This document shows, one piece after another, positions 7,872-15,817 of a DNA stretch of 15,817 bases (its first letter is position 1; every line of letters begins with the position of its first letter). A program made the position numbers and the translations under genes. The DNA is taken from positions 1 to 15,817 of the forward strand of contig JBGSIV010000115.1 of the NCBI GenBank assembly GCA_041742355.1, in the 5' to 3' direction. Origin of the DNA: Candidatus Zixiibacteriota bacterium. GTDB lineage: Bacteria; Zixibacteria; MSB-5A5; GN15; FEB-12. Under the pieces are notes generated by a model. That model had not been told where the DNA came from. It ran no database searches and saw only the letters and a list, made by a program, of their open reading frames with translations.

Positions 7872-9233
7872 ATGGCGCTGTATAACTTATTCCACAGAAC
7901 CCTCTTCGGTCTCAAAGACGCCCTCGACCGCACGGGCGTCTACCGCACCGCTGCCGAACTTCGCCGCGAGCAATTTCTGAGCGAAACCGAACTCGACCGC
8001 CTGCGCCGGGACCGCCTCGTCGCCATGCTGCAACACGCCGGCGACCACTCCCCGTACTACCGCGACCTGTTCGCCGCCGAGGGTATCGCCCCCGGTCCCG
8101 ACTTCCGGCTCACCGACCTGCCCAAAATCCCGCTCCTCACCCGGGACATCCTGCAGGAGCACGGCTCGCGCATCCTCTGCCCCGACTCAGTCGGCCACTA
8201 CGCCGACTCCTCCGGCGGATCGACCGGCCAGCCGGTGAATTTCTACCATGACCAGGCCTATGTCTGCTGGGCCCGCGCCAACGAACAGCTCTACCTGGGC
8301 TGGATGAATATTCGCGCCGGCGACCGCACCGCTATCTTCTGGGGGGCCGATCGCGACCTGAAGGAGGAATCACTCTACGTCCGGCTCATGCTCCGCCTCA
8401 ACCGCGTCTACCAGCTCAACTCGTTCAATATGTCGGAGGCACGCATCGCCGGCTTCCTCGACCGCCTCAACCACATCCGGCCGCGCTATATCTACGGCTA
8501 CGCTTCCTCTCTCTACCATGTCGCCCGCTTCATCACCGAAAACCGGCCCCTCCGCTTCCGGCCGGTCGCCATCCGCTCGTCTGCAGAAATGCTCTACGAC
8601 TTCCAGCGCGAGGAAATCGAACGCTCTTTCGGCGCCCCGGTGCACAACTTCTACGGCTCCCGGGAGGTCAACAACGTCGCCGCCGAATGTTCGGCCCACG
8701 ACGGCCTCCACGTCTTCGCCTCCGGCCGCATCGTCGAGATCGTCGACAACCAAGGGCAACCGCTCCCCGCAGGCGAGGTCGGCCAGGTCGCCGTCACCGA
8801 CCTCACCAACCGCGCTTTCCCCTTCATCCGCTACCTCAACGGCGACCTCGCCGCGCGCTTGGACGGCCCCTGTCCCTGCGGCCGCACCTACCCCCGCCTG
8901 GAAAAAATCGCCGGCCGCAGTTCCGATATCATGGAGGTCGACGGCAACCAGATACACGGCGAGTACTTTACCCACCTCTTCTATGGACGGCCGGAAATCA
9001 AAGCCTTCCAGCTGATCCAGGAGACCGAACGGGAATTCACGCTGCTGATTATCCCCCGCGCCGAGAACCCCGATACGACGTTCTTCAAGGACAAAATCGT
9101 AGAGAAGCTCGGCCGGAACATTAGCCTGAAGATCGCGTTGACAGATCATATACCGCCTACCGCCGGAGGAAAGCACCGGTTCACCGTTTCCCGCCTCCCC
9201 CGCCGGACCGGCCCCTCATCGGGCGTGCGGTAG
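7872..9233 (+). CDS. CapK/phenylacetate-CoA-ligase-like adenylate-forming enzyme (copy 1)
   Basis: HSPYYR, P-loop SSGGSTGQP, YGYAS, SSAEML, YGSREV, ECSAHDGLH, TDLTNRAFPFIRYLNGD, CPCGR, GRSSD, C-terminal GGKHRF (A10 Lys). Confidence 0.9.
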   Translation: MALYNLFHRTLFGLKDALDRTGVYRTAAELRREQFLSETELDRLRRDRLVAMLQHAGDHSPYYRDLFAAEGIAPGPDFRLTDLPKIPLLTRDILQEHGSRILCPDSVGHYADSSGGSTGQPVNFYHDQAYVCWARANEQLYLGWMNIRAGDRTAIFWGADRDLKEESLYVRLMLRLNRVYQLNSFNMSEARIAGFLDRLNHIRPRYIYGYASSLYHVARFITENRPLRFRPVAIRSSAEMLYDFQREEIERSFGAPVHNFYGSREVNNVAAECSAHDGLHVFASGRIVEIVDNQGQPLPAGEVGQVAVTDLTNRAFPFIRYLNGDLAARLDGPCPCGRTYPRLEKIAGRSSDIMEVDGNQIHGEYFTHLFYGRPEIKAFQLIQETEREFTLLIIPRAENPDTTFFKDKIVEKLGRNISLKIALTDHIPPTAGGKHRFTVSRLPRRTGPSSGVR

Positions 9234-9241
9234 GAGTTCCA

Positions 9242-9269
9242 TTGCATCGGGGAATAAATCAGCTATATT
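9242..9269 (+). promoter_or_regulatory. Putative internal sigma70-type promoter
   Basis: TTGCAT (9242-9247), 16 bp, TATATT (9264-9269) in an AT-rich intergenic patch. Strong RBS AAGGAG at 9312-9317 precedes ATG 9320. Confidence 0.5.
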
Positions 9270-9319
9270 GTGGGTCTATGGAAACCGGGGTCTGACCGAA
9301 ACCCCGCCCAAAAGGAGTT

Positions 9320-10771
9320 ATGGGAACGACGCACCACAGCCTGCAGCGCTCGACACGCACCTACCTGCGCCCCGAACATCTAGCCTACGCCGGCTTTTTC
9401 GTGGCTATGCTCCTGTGCGGGCTCGCCCTCACCCTGCCTTTCCCCTACCACTTCCTTCCCTTTGCCGCCGTCTTTGGAGCCATCTTCGTCGCCGGCGCCC
9501 TCCGCTTCCCCTACTTCGGCCTCTACCTCTACCTGATCATCTTCTTCATCGACCCGAACACCGTTTTCAAGTTCATGCAGAGCGTCGCGTTCCCCTACGA
9601 AAAGCTCCTCGCTCTCGTCGTTATCGCCAGCCTTTTCATATACATCGCGGTCATCAAGAAGGAGTTCGAGATCTTCCGCCTCGATGTCGCCTTCTTCGCC
9701 ATGATCGTCGTTACCTACCTGTCCATCCTCGGCGCCGAGGACCTCCAGGCCGCCTGGGAAGATTGGCAGAAGTTCCTCCGCATGTTCCTGGTCTACCTCC
9801 TCATGGTCCGGATCGTCAAGACCGAAGGCCAGTTCAAGGCCGTCGTCATGCTCTTCATCATTTCCGTCGGCTTCCTCGCCGTCAGCTCTACCATTCAGTA
9901 CTATCGCGGCGAATTTGAGGTCCGCCAGGGCATTCAGCGCCTCCACTCCTTCGGCGGCGGCCTCATCGACCCCAACACCATGGCCACCAGCCTCATCCTC
10001 GGCCTTCCCTTCATGTACTACATGGCCCGGGCCCACCGTAACCTCCTGCTCAAAGGTTTCATGCTCGCCCTCATGGGCTCCTGCATGTGGGCCATCATCC
10101 TCACCGGTTCACGTGGCGGCATGGTCGGCGCCATCGTCGTCCTCATGATCCTCACCTATCAGTCCAGACACAAGGCCCTCGGCTTCGTCGTCGCCGCCAT
10201 GGTGTTCGCCGTCGTCGCCGTCCTCGCCCCCGACCAGTACAAGGACCGCTTTATGTCGATCTTCAACGTCAGCGCCAGCGGTGAGGAAGACGAATTCGGC
10301 GCCGCCGAATCCGCGCGAGGTCGAATCAACGGTTTTAAACTCGGCTTCAAATTCCTCCTGAAAAATCCGATCACCGGCGTCGGCATCGGCAACTTCGGCT
10401 GGCACCATCACGCCGAACCCGGCGGCGACTGGACCGACGCCCACAACCTCATCGGCAAGCTCGTCGGCGAACTCGGCTTCCTGGGTATCGCCGCCTTCAC
10501 TTTCTTCATCACCCGCTTCGTCCAAAGCATCAAGTACGTCAAACGGACCTTCTTCGAACGCGGCTGGCAGTCCGACTTCCTGTTCTACATGGCCCAGGCC
10601 GTCCTCGTCGGCCTCATCATGCTCTTCGTCCAGGGCCTCTTCGGGCACAACCTCTACCGCGACAACTGGTATGTTTACGCCGCGTTCATCGTCATTATCA
10701 GCAAGTTCGTTGAACAGCGACTCCAGGCCGAGAAACAACGCCCCGAGGCCTTGGTGGAGACCACACCCTGA
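9320..10771 (+). CDS. O-antigen ligase/polymerase family (Wzy_C domain) membrane protein
   Basis: 483 aa polytopic protein with DPNTMA, LTGSRGG, periplasmic loop ending ESARGRI...NPITGVGIGNF, and DAHNLIGKLVGELGFLG (conserved His of Wzy_C/WaaL-like proteins). Confidence 0.88.
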   Translation: MGTTHHSLQRSTRTYLRPEHLAYAGFFVAMLLCGLALTLPFPYHFLPFAAVFGAIFVAGALRFPYFGLYLYLIIFFIDPNTVFKFMQSVAFPYEKLLALVVIASLFIYIAVIKKEFEIFRLDVAFFAMIVVTYLSILGAEDLQAAWEDWQKFLRMFLVYLLMVRIVKTEGQFKAVVMLFIISVGFLAVSSTIQYYRGEFEVRQGIQRLHSFGGGLIDPNTMATSLILGLPFMYYMARAHRNLLLKGFMLALMGSCMWAIILTGSRGGMVGAIVVLMILTYQSRHKALGFVVAAMVFAVVAVLAPDQYKDRFMSIFNVSASGEEDEFGAAESARGRINGFKLGFKFLLKNPITGVGIGNFGWHHHAEPGGDWTDAHNLIGKLVGELGFLGIAAFTFFITRFVQSIKYVKRTFFERGWQSDFLFYMAQAVLVGLIMLFVQGLFGHNLYRDNWYVYAAFIVIISKFVEQRLQAEKQRPEALVETTP

Positions 10772-12228
10772 TGATCCAGCCGACCAAACCGCATGGACCC
10801 AGCCGGCCGGCAACCGGTCCGGCCCAGAAGCTTCCCATGAAATACGCCTGTCCGCCCCGCCGCCGCAACCCGATGGAAATGCTCGCGGCCGCCGGCCGCC
10901 ACGCCCTCCTGTGCTACCGTGGCTACGGCGATGTCTGCCATATCGCCCGCACCATCGAGCGAAACCTGTCCCGCCCGCTCGAAAACCTCGAGGCCGAGCA
11001 GGACAGAGCCATCGAAGCCATCGTCAACCACGCCTGGCACCATAGCCCCTTCTACCGGCAACACTTCGCGACCTGCGGCTTCAAACCCGGCGACGTCAAA
11101 AACCGCAAAGACCTCAACCGCCTCCCCGAGGTCACCAAGTCCGACCTGGCCGAGCACGCCGACGAGGTTCTCTGCTTCCCCAAAGACCAGCTCGAATACA
11201 GCCAGACCGGCGGCACCACCGGCATCGGCCTGCGCCTCTACCGCGACCACCACGTCCTTGCCTTTCGCCGCGCGCTCGACCTCGTCACCCCCCGCTACTA
11301 CGGCTGGCGCGAGGGCCAGTGGCAGGGATGGCTCTGGGGCGCCGCCGCCGACCTGATCGACCCACACAGCCTCAAAGCCCGCCTCATGCGCCAGCTCGCC
11401 GACCGGATGTTCTTCATCGACGCCATGCACCTCACCGCCGAGGGCTACCGCCGCTTCATCGACCTGACCCGGCGGCACCGGCCAACCTACGTCTCCGCTT
11501 ACCCGACCATCGCCTTCGACCTCGCATCGAGAATCGACGCCGGCGAAATCGAGCCCTTCCGCGTCCCCATGGTCAGCCTCACCGCCGAGCCGGTCTACGC
11601 CTTCCAGCGCCGCAAAATCCTCGATACTTTCGCCGACCAGGTCTACGAACGCTACGGCTCCCGCGAAATCGGCATGGCCGCCCTCGAGTGCCCCGCGCAC
11701 GCGGGCCTCCACTACTTCACCGAGAGCGTCTACTTTGAGGCTGTCGACCGCGGCCCCGAACTCCCCGGCAGGAGCCTCGTGGTTACCGACCTCGTCAACC
11801 GCGCCATGCCCCTCATCCGCTACCAGACCGGCGACTTCGCCGACCTCGATTCCTCCCCCTGTGCCTGCGGCCGCACTTCCCCGCGCCTCCGCAATATCCG
11901 CGGACGCGAGACTGATGTAATCTGGTGCCCCGACGGTCACGGGGTGGCCGGCTTTATGATCGTCAGCCTCGTCGGGAGCCAGGAGATCCACGCCCCTGTC
12001 CAACTCGTCCAGGATCGCCTCGACCACGTAACCATACGCCTTGAGGCGCAGCCCGGCGCCTGGGCGGACCAGTTGCGCCGCCTGACCGAGGTCTTCCGCC
12101 GCGAAATCAGCACCGATATGTCCTTTGAAATCGAATGGGTCGACCACATCGAACGCGCACCCTCCGGAAAGTACCGCTACGTAATGTCATCGGTTGCTCG
12201 ACCGACAATAGTAAGAAGGCCCGGATAG
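10771..12228 (+). CDS. CapK/phenylacetate-CoA-ligase-like adenylate-forming enzyme (copy 2)
   Basis: HSPFYR, QTGGTTG, SAYPT, TAEP, YGSREIG, ECPAHAGLH, TDLVNRAMPLIRYQTGD, CACGR, GRETD, PSGKYRY. TGATG stop/start overlap with the upstream gene; alternative start ATG 10837. Confidence 0.9.
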   Translation: MIQPTKPHGPSRPATGPAQKLPMKYACPPRRRNPMEMLAAAGRHALLCYRGYGDVCHIARTIERNLSRPLENLEAEQDRAIEAIVNHAWHHSPFYRQHFATCGFKPGDVKNRKDLNRLPEVTKSDLAEHADEVLCFPKDQLEYSQTGGTTGIGLRLYRDHHVLAFRRALDLVTPRYYGWREGQWQGWLWGAAADLIDPHSLKARLMRQLADRMFFIDAMHLTAEGYRRFIDLTRRHRPTYVSAYPTIAFDLASRIDAGEIEPFRVPMVSLTAEPVYAFQRRKILDTFADQVYERYGSREIGMAALECPAHAGLHYFTESVYFEAVDRGPELPGRSLVVTDLVNRAMPLIRYQTGDFADLDSSPCACGRTSPRLRNIRGRETDVIWCPDGHGVAGFMIVSLVGSQEIHAPVQLVQDRLDHVTIRLEAQPGAWADQLRRLTEVFRREISTDMSFEIEWVDHIERAPSGKYRYVMSSVARPTIVRRPG

Positions 12229-13689
12229 TCCCCGTGCGGGCGATTACCCGGAACCAGTATGATCCGAACCGGAGGCGCATAACGATGTCGCTGATTGATC
12301 CGCAGTTCCTCTCGGGAGACCGCCATGTTTAGGGCCCGCCGCCGCAATCCCGTCGAGCTTGTCGGCGGCCTCGGCCGGTATGCCCTCAATGTCGCCCGCG
12401 GCCAGCGCGAGGTCTACCGGCACGCCAATGTCGTTGCGCACAACCTCTACCGCCCGCTCGAAAACCTCGAGGCCGAACAGGACAGCGCCATCGAAGCCAT
12501 CGTCAACCACGCCTACGAACACAGCCCGTTCTACCGCGAGCGCTTCACCGCCTGCGGCTTCAAACCCGGCGACGTCAAGAATCGCTGCGACCTCGCCCGC
12601 CTCCCGGAGGTCACCAAGTCCGACCTGGCCGACAATATCGACCGGATCCTCTGCTACCCCAAGGACCGCCTCCAGATGAGCTCCACCGGCGGCACCTCCG
12701 GCATCGCCCTCAATTTCTACCGCGACCTGCGCTGCCTTGCTTTCCGCCGCGGCATCGACCTCGCTACCACCCGCTACTACGGCTGGCGCGATGGCCAGTG
12801 GCAAGCCTGGCTCTGGGGCGCCCCCCGGGATATCCTCAAACCGAAAGGCCTCAAGGCGAAGCTGACCCACCATTGCGCCGATCGCGCCTTCTACATCGAC
12901 GCCTTGCACCTCACCACGGAAGCCTACCGCGAGTTCTCCGCCAGCGTCCGCAGACACCGCCCCTCCTACATGTCCGCCTACCCGTCGCTGGCCTACGACC
13001 TCGCCCAGCGCATCGAGTCCGGCGAGGTCGAACCCTTCCGCGTCCCCATGGTCAACTTCACCGCCGAGCCGGTCTACGACTTCCAGGCGAAGAAAGTCGC
13101 CGAGACTTTCGGTGAGCAGGTCTATCAGCGCTACGGATCCCGGGAGATCGGCATGGCCGCCCTCGAATGCCCGGAGCGCACCGGCCTGCACTACTTCACC
13201 GAAAGCACTTACCTCGAAGCGGTCGACAAGGGCCCCGACATGCCCGGCCGAAGCCTCATCGCCACCGACCTGTGGAACTACGGCATGCCCGTCATCCGCT
13301 ACCACACCGGCGATTTCGCCGACCTCGAGTCTTCCCCCTGTGCCTGCGGCCGCACCTCCCCCCGCATCACCAACATTCGGGGCCGTGAACTGGACATGAT
13401 CTGGACCCCGGAGGGGCATGGCATCGCCGGCGTCATGCTCGTCTTCCTCATCGCCCATCTCCAGATCCATGTCCCCATCCAGATCGTGCAGGAGGCTCTT
13501 GACCACATTGTCGTTCGTGCCGAATGCAAACCGATCGAGTGCGGCGCCGAACTGGCCAGCCTCATGACCATATATCGCAGAGAAGTGAGCGAACGCATCC
13601 GCTTCGAGATCAGGTACGTCGACCGCATCGACCGCGCCCCCTCAGGCAAATACCGGTATGTCGTGTCCAAAGTCACCCGTCCCGTGTAA
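10858..13689 (+). repeat. Diverged tandem gene duplication, period 1479 bp
   Basis: Same 1479-bp offset at RRRNP (10858/12337), a 63/65-nt match (10971-11035 vs 12450-12514), a 28/28 match (11072-11099 vs 12551-12578) and PSGK (12160/13639). Confidence 0.9.
12325..13689 (+). CDS. CapK/phenylacetate-CoA-ligase-like adenylate-forming enzyme (copy 3), tandem paralog of copy 2
   Basis: HSPFYR, STGGTSG, SAYPS, YGSREIG, ECPERTGLH, MPVIRYHTGD, CACGR, PSGKYRY. Start placed at ATG 12325 behind GGGAGA (ORF track starts at TTG 12295). Confidence 0.9.
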   Translation: MFRARRRNPVELVGGLGRYALNVARGQREVYRHANVVAHNLYRPLENLEAEQDSAIEAIVNHAYEHSPFYRERFTACGFKPGDVKNRCDLARLPEVTKSDLADNIDRILCYPKDRLQMSSTGGTSGIALNFYRDLRCLAFRRGIDLATTRYYGWRDGQWQAWLWGAPRDILKPKGLKAKLTHHCADRAFYIDALHLTTEAYREFSASVRRHRPSYMSAYPSLAYDLAQRIESGEVEPFRVPMVNFTAEPVYDFQAKKVAETFGEQVYQRYGSREIGMAALECPERTGLHYFTESTYLEAVDKGPDMPGRSLIATDLWNYGMPVIRYHTGDFADLESSPCACGRTSPRITNIRGRELDMIWTPEGHGIAGVMLVFLIAHLQIHVPIQIVQEALDHIVVRAECKPIECGAELASLMTIYRREVSERIRFEIRYVDRIDRAPSGKYRYVVSKVTRPV

Positions 13690-13701
13690 CCGGAGAGAAC
13701 C

Positions 13702-14919
13702 ATGACCGAGACCGAAACCCGAAAACGCCTCCTCCTGATCGACGAAGAGTTTCCCTGGCCGCTCAACTCCGGCAAACGCCTCCGGACGTACAACCTCTTG
13801 CGCGGATTGACCCGGTTCTACGACATCACCTACCTCGCCTACGGCGAGCCCGACTCTCCCGCCTTTCGGCAACTGGCCCAGGACGGCCTCAACCCGATCG
13901 CCGTCCGTCCCCCCGATCGCCGCCAGAGCGGGCCGAAATTCTATGCCCGGCTCTTCCTGAACCTCTTCTCCCCCTACCCCTATATCGTGACCAGCCACTA
14001 CACCCGCCGCTTCCAGAGCCGCCTGCACCAGGAACTCGACGCTCACCGGTACGATGCCGTCATTTGCGAGTGGACTCCGTACACCCGCTTCGTCAAGGAC
14101 CTCTCCGGCATCCGCAAAATTGTCAACACGCATAACATCGAAGCCGCCATCTGGCGTCGATACCAGCAGCAGGAAAAAAGCCTCGTCCGTCGCCTCTACA
14201 TCTCTCTCCAGCGCGCCAAGGTCGAGAACTTCGAAACGAGGTGCTTCCACTGGCTTGACGGCGCCACGGCCGTTTCCGACGCCGAAGCCCGCAGCATCGC
14301 CAATCTCGGCGTCCCCTACCCTGTCGCCGCCGTAGACAACGGCGTCGACACCGACTACTTCGCCTGCGCCGCGAACGCCGACCCCAACCTCATCATCTTC
14401 AGTGGCGCCATGGACTGGCGTCCCAACCAGGACGCCGCCCTCTACTTCACGGAGCAGATTCTCCCCCGCATCCGAAGCAAGTGCCCTGGCGCCGCCTTCA
14501 CCATCGTCGGACGCACGCCGCCGCGACAAATTCAAGATCTCGCGAAGATCAACGGCGTCACCGTCACCGGAACCGTCGACGACGTCCGCCCGTGGGTCGG
14601 CCGCGCCGCCGCGCTCGTCGTTCCGCTGCGCATCGGCGGCGGATCGCGCCTAAAGATCCTCGAGGGCATGGCCATGCACAAACCGATCGTTTCGACCGCC
14701 GTCGGCGCAGAAGGATTGCGCGTCACCGATGGCCGCGATATCTTGCTGGCGGACGACCCTGATGACTTCGCCGACGCCGTCGTGCGCTGCCTCACCGATC
14801 CCGGCCTGCGGACCCGCCTCGGCGACAACGGACGCGAATTGGTCGAACGGGAGTACCGCTGGGATATCCTCGCCCGAAAGATGCACGAGTATTTATGCCG
14901 AGTGCTGAACGGAAAATGA
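13702..14919 (+). CDS. Glycosyltransferase family 4 (GT-B), resembling PEP-CTERM/EPS-associated sugar transferases
   Basis: FPWPLNSGKRLRTYNLL, HNIE, AVSDAEA, VDNGVDTDYF, FSGAMDWRPNQDA, TGTVDDVRPW, VPLRIGGGSRLKILEGMAMHKPIVST. RBS GGAGAG upstream. Confidence 0.92.
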   Translation: MTETETRKRLLLIDEEFPWPLNSGKRLRTYNLLRGLTRFYDITYLAYGEPDSPAFRQLAQDGLNPIAVRPPDRRQSGPKFYARLFLNLFSPYPYIVTSHYTRRFQSRLHQELDAHRYDAVICEWTPYTRFVKDLSGIRKIVNTHNIEAAIWRRYQQQEKSLVRRLYISLQRAKVENFETRCFHWLDGATAVSDAEARSIANLGVPYPVAAVDNGVDTDYFACAANADPNLIIFSGAMDWRPNQDAALYFTEQILPRIRSKCPGAAFTIVGRTPPRQIQDLAKINGVTVTGTVDDVRPWVGRAAALVVPLRIGGGSRLKILEGMAMHKPIVSTAVGAEGLRVTDGRDILLADDPDDFADAVVRCLTDPGLRTRLGDNGRELVEREYRWDILARKMHEYLCRVLNGK

Positions 14920-15817
14920 AGATCCTCCACCTCCGCTCGACCAACTTCTACGGCGGCCCCGAGCGGCAGTTGCACCGGCACGCCCTCGCCATGAAGAACT
15001 CCCCCTTCGAGATCATCCTCGCGTCCTTTGCCGAACAGGGTGAGCCCCCCGCCCTGCTGCGAATCGCCGAAGGCGACGGTCTGCGCACCCACCTGTTCAC
15101 CGTGGACAGCGCCTACGATCGCCGCAGCATCGGCCTCCTCCGCCAGTACCTCAAGGACGAACAGATCGCCGTCTTCTGCACCCACGACTACCGCGCCAGC
15201 ATCCTGGGTTGTTTTGCCGCCCGGGGGACCGACACCCGCTGGATCACCTTCTCCCGAGGCCGCACCTCGGAAACGCTCGCCATCCGCCTCTACTTCCGCC
15301 TCGAGCGCCTCCTTTTCCAGTTCGCCGACCGCGTCGTGGCCGTCTCCGACGGAGAGAAGAAGTCGCTGATGCGCCAACTCGTTCCCGATCGAAAGATCTC
15401 CGTCGTCCACAACGCCATCGATATCGCTCCCTTCGCCTCGGTTACGCCGGTTGATCTGCGTGCCCGCTTCGGCTACCCCACCGACGCCATTATCGCCCTC
15501 GCCGGCGGTCGCTTCTCCCCCGAAAAAGGCCAGGCGTTGCTCGTCGAAGCCGCCGCGGGCCTTCTCCGCCGCAACGACCTCCTGCGCTTCGTCCTCTTCG
15601 GCGACGGCCCCCTGTTGGACACCGTCCGCCGCCAGGTCGAAGACCGCGGCTTGTCCGACCGCATCCGCTGCCCCGGCTTCGAAAAGAACATGCCCGGCTG
15701 CATCGCCGGGGCCGATATCGTCGTCAACCCCTCCTTGTCCGAAGGCCTGCCCAACATCGTTTTGGAAGCAATGGCGTTGCGCATCCCCGTCGTCGCCACG
15801 GCCGTCGGCGGCGTCCC
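14916..15817 (+). CDS. Glycosyltransferase family 4 (GT-B); 3' end truncated by window edge
   Basis: Hand translation from ATG 14916 (ATGA overlap with the upstream stop): MKILHLRSTNFYGGPERQL...ADRVVAVS...VVHNAID...GRFSPEKGQ...FGDGPL...VNPSLSEGLPNIVLEAMALRIPVVATAVGGV (E-x7-E motif). Open to the window end and absent from the ORF track. Confidence 0.92.
   Translation, partial: MKILHLRSTNFYGGPERQLHRHALAMKNSPFEIILASFAEQGEPPALLRIAEGDGLRTHLFTVDSAYDRRSIGLLRQYLKDEQIAVFCTHDYRASILGCFAARGTDTRWITFSRGRTSETLAIRLYFRLERLLFQFADRVVAVSDGEKKSLMRQLVPDRKISVVHNAIDIAPFASVTPVDLRARFGYPTDAIIALAGGRFSPEKGQALLVEAAAGLLRRNDLLRFVLFGDGPLLDTVRRQVEDRGLSDRIRCPGFEKNMPGCIAGADIVVNPSLSEGLPNIVLEAMALRIPVVATAVGGV

Noticed and set aside
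10858..10872. RRRNP as a twin-arginine export signal (also at 12337)
   Set aside because: Does not match S/T-R-R-x-F-L-K, lacks a hydrophobic h-region, and ATP-dependent ligases are expected to be cytoplasmic.
7872..13689. Annotation as paaK phenylacetate catabolism genes
   Set aside because: No paa pathway genes nearby. The glycan-cluster context and the GG(S/T)(T/S)G P-loop fit the CapK-like subgroup, so no gene symbol was assigned.
1767..15410. Many long minus-strand ORFs (e.g. 2699-3940, 5092-6255, 6681-7823, 10675-12147, 12244-13506)
   Set aside because: They mirror the plus-strand genes and are V/G/E/D-rich. The C-ending codon bias removes TTA/CTA/TCA codons and hence antisense stops. 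No independent motifs.
1..15817. CRISPR array, IS/transposase, integrase, tRNA or rRNA
   Set aside because: No regularly spaced repeats, terminal inverted repeats, recombinase motifs or RNA-gene signatures. The window is filled by protein-coding genes with gaps of about 220 bp or less.
1..15817. Taxonomic assignment of the host
   Set aside because: Gene content suggests a high-GC, probably diderm environmental bacterium, but no marker gene is present to support a name.

Overview
High-GC bacterial window that is almost entirely one surface-polysaccharide (Wzx/Wzy-type EPS or capsule-like) gene cluster, open at both ends. Left: two divergently transcribed GNAT-fold (CelD/BcsL-like) genes; the first is on the minus strand, truncated by the window edge and absent from the ORF track. 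A tightly packed plus-strand run follows: a secreted protein with atypical SGNH-like motifs and a distinct C-terminal tail, a hexapeptide-repeat acyltransferase, a membrane-anchored SGNH/GDSL protein, a CE4 polysaccharide deacetylase, a Wzx flippase, a CapK/PaaK-like adenylate-forming enzyme, a Wzy_C (polymerase/ligase) membrane protein, two more CapK-like paralogs in tandem, and two GT4 glycosyltransferases (the last truncated and absent from the ORF track). The most notable feature is the density of acyl-handling enzymes (9 of 13 genes), which suggests an uncharacterised glycan acylation/amidation system. Three sigma70-like promoters, two candidate operator palindromes and strongly strand-dependent synonymous codon usage are also visible. 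No RNA genes, mobile elements or CRISPR arrays were seen. All family calls come from motif recognition by eye, not database searches.
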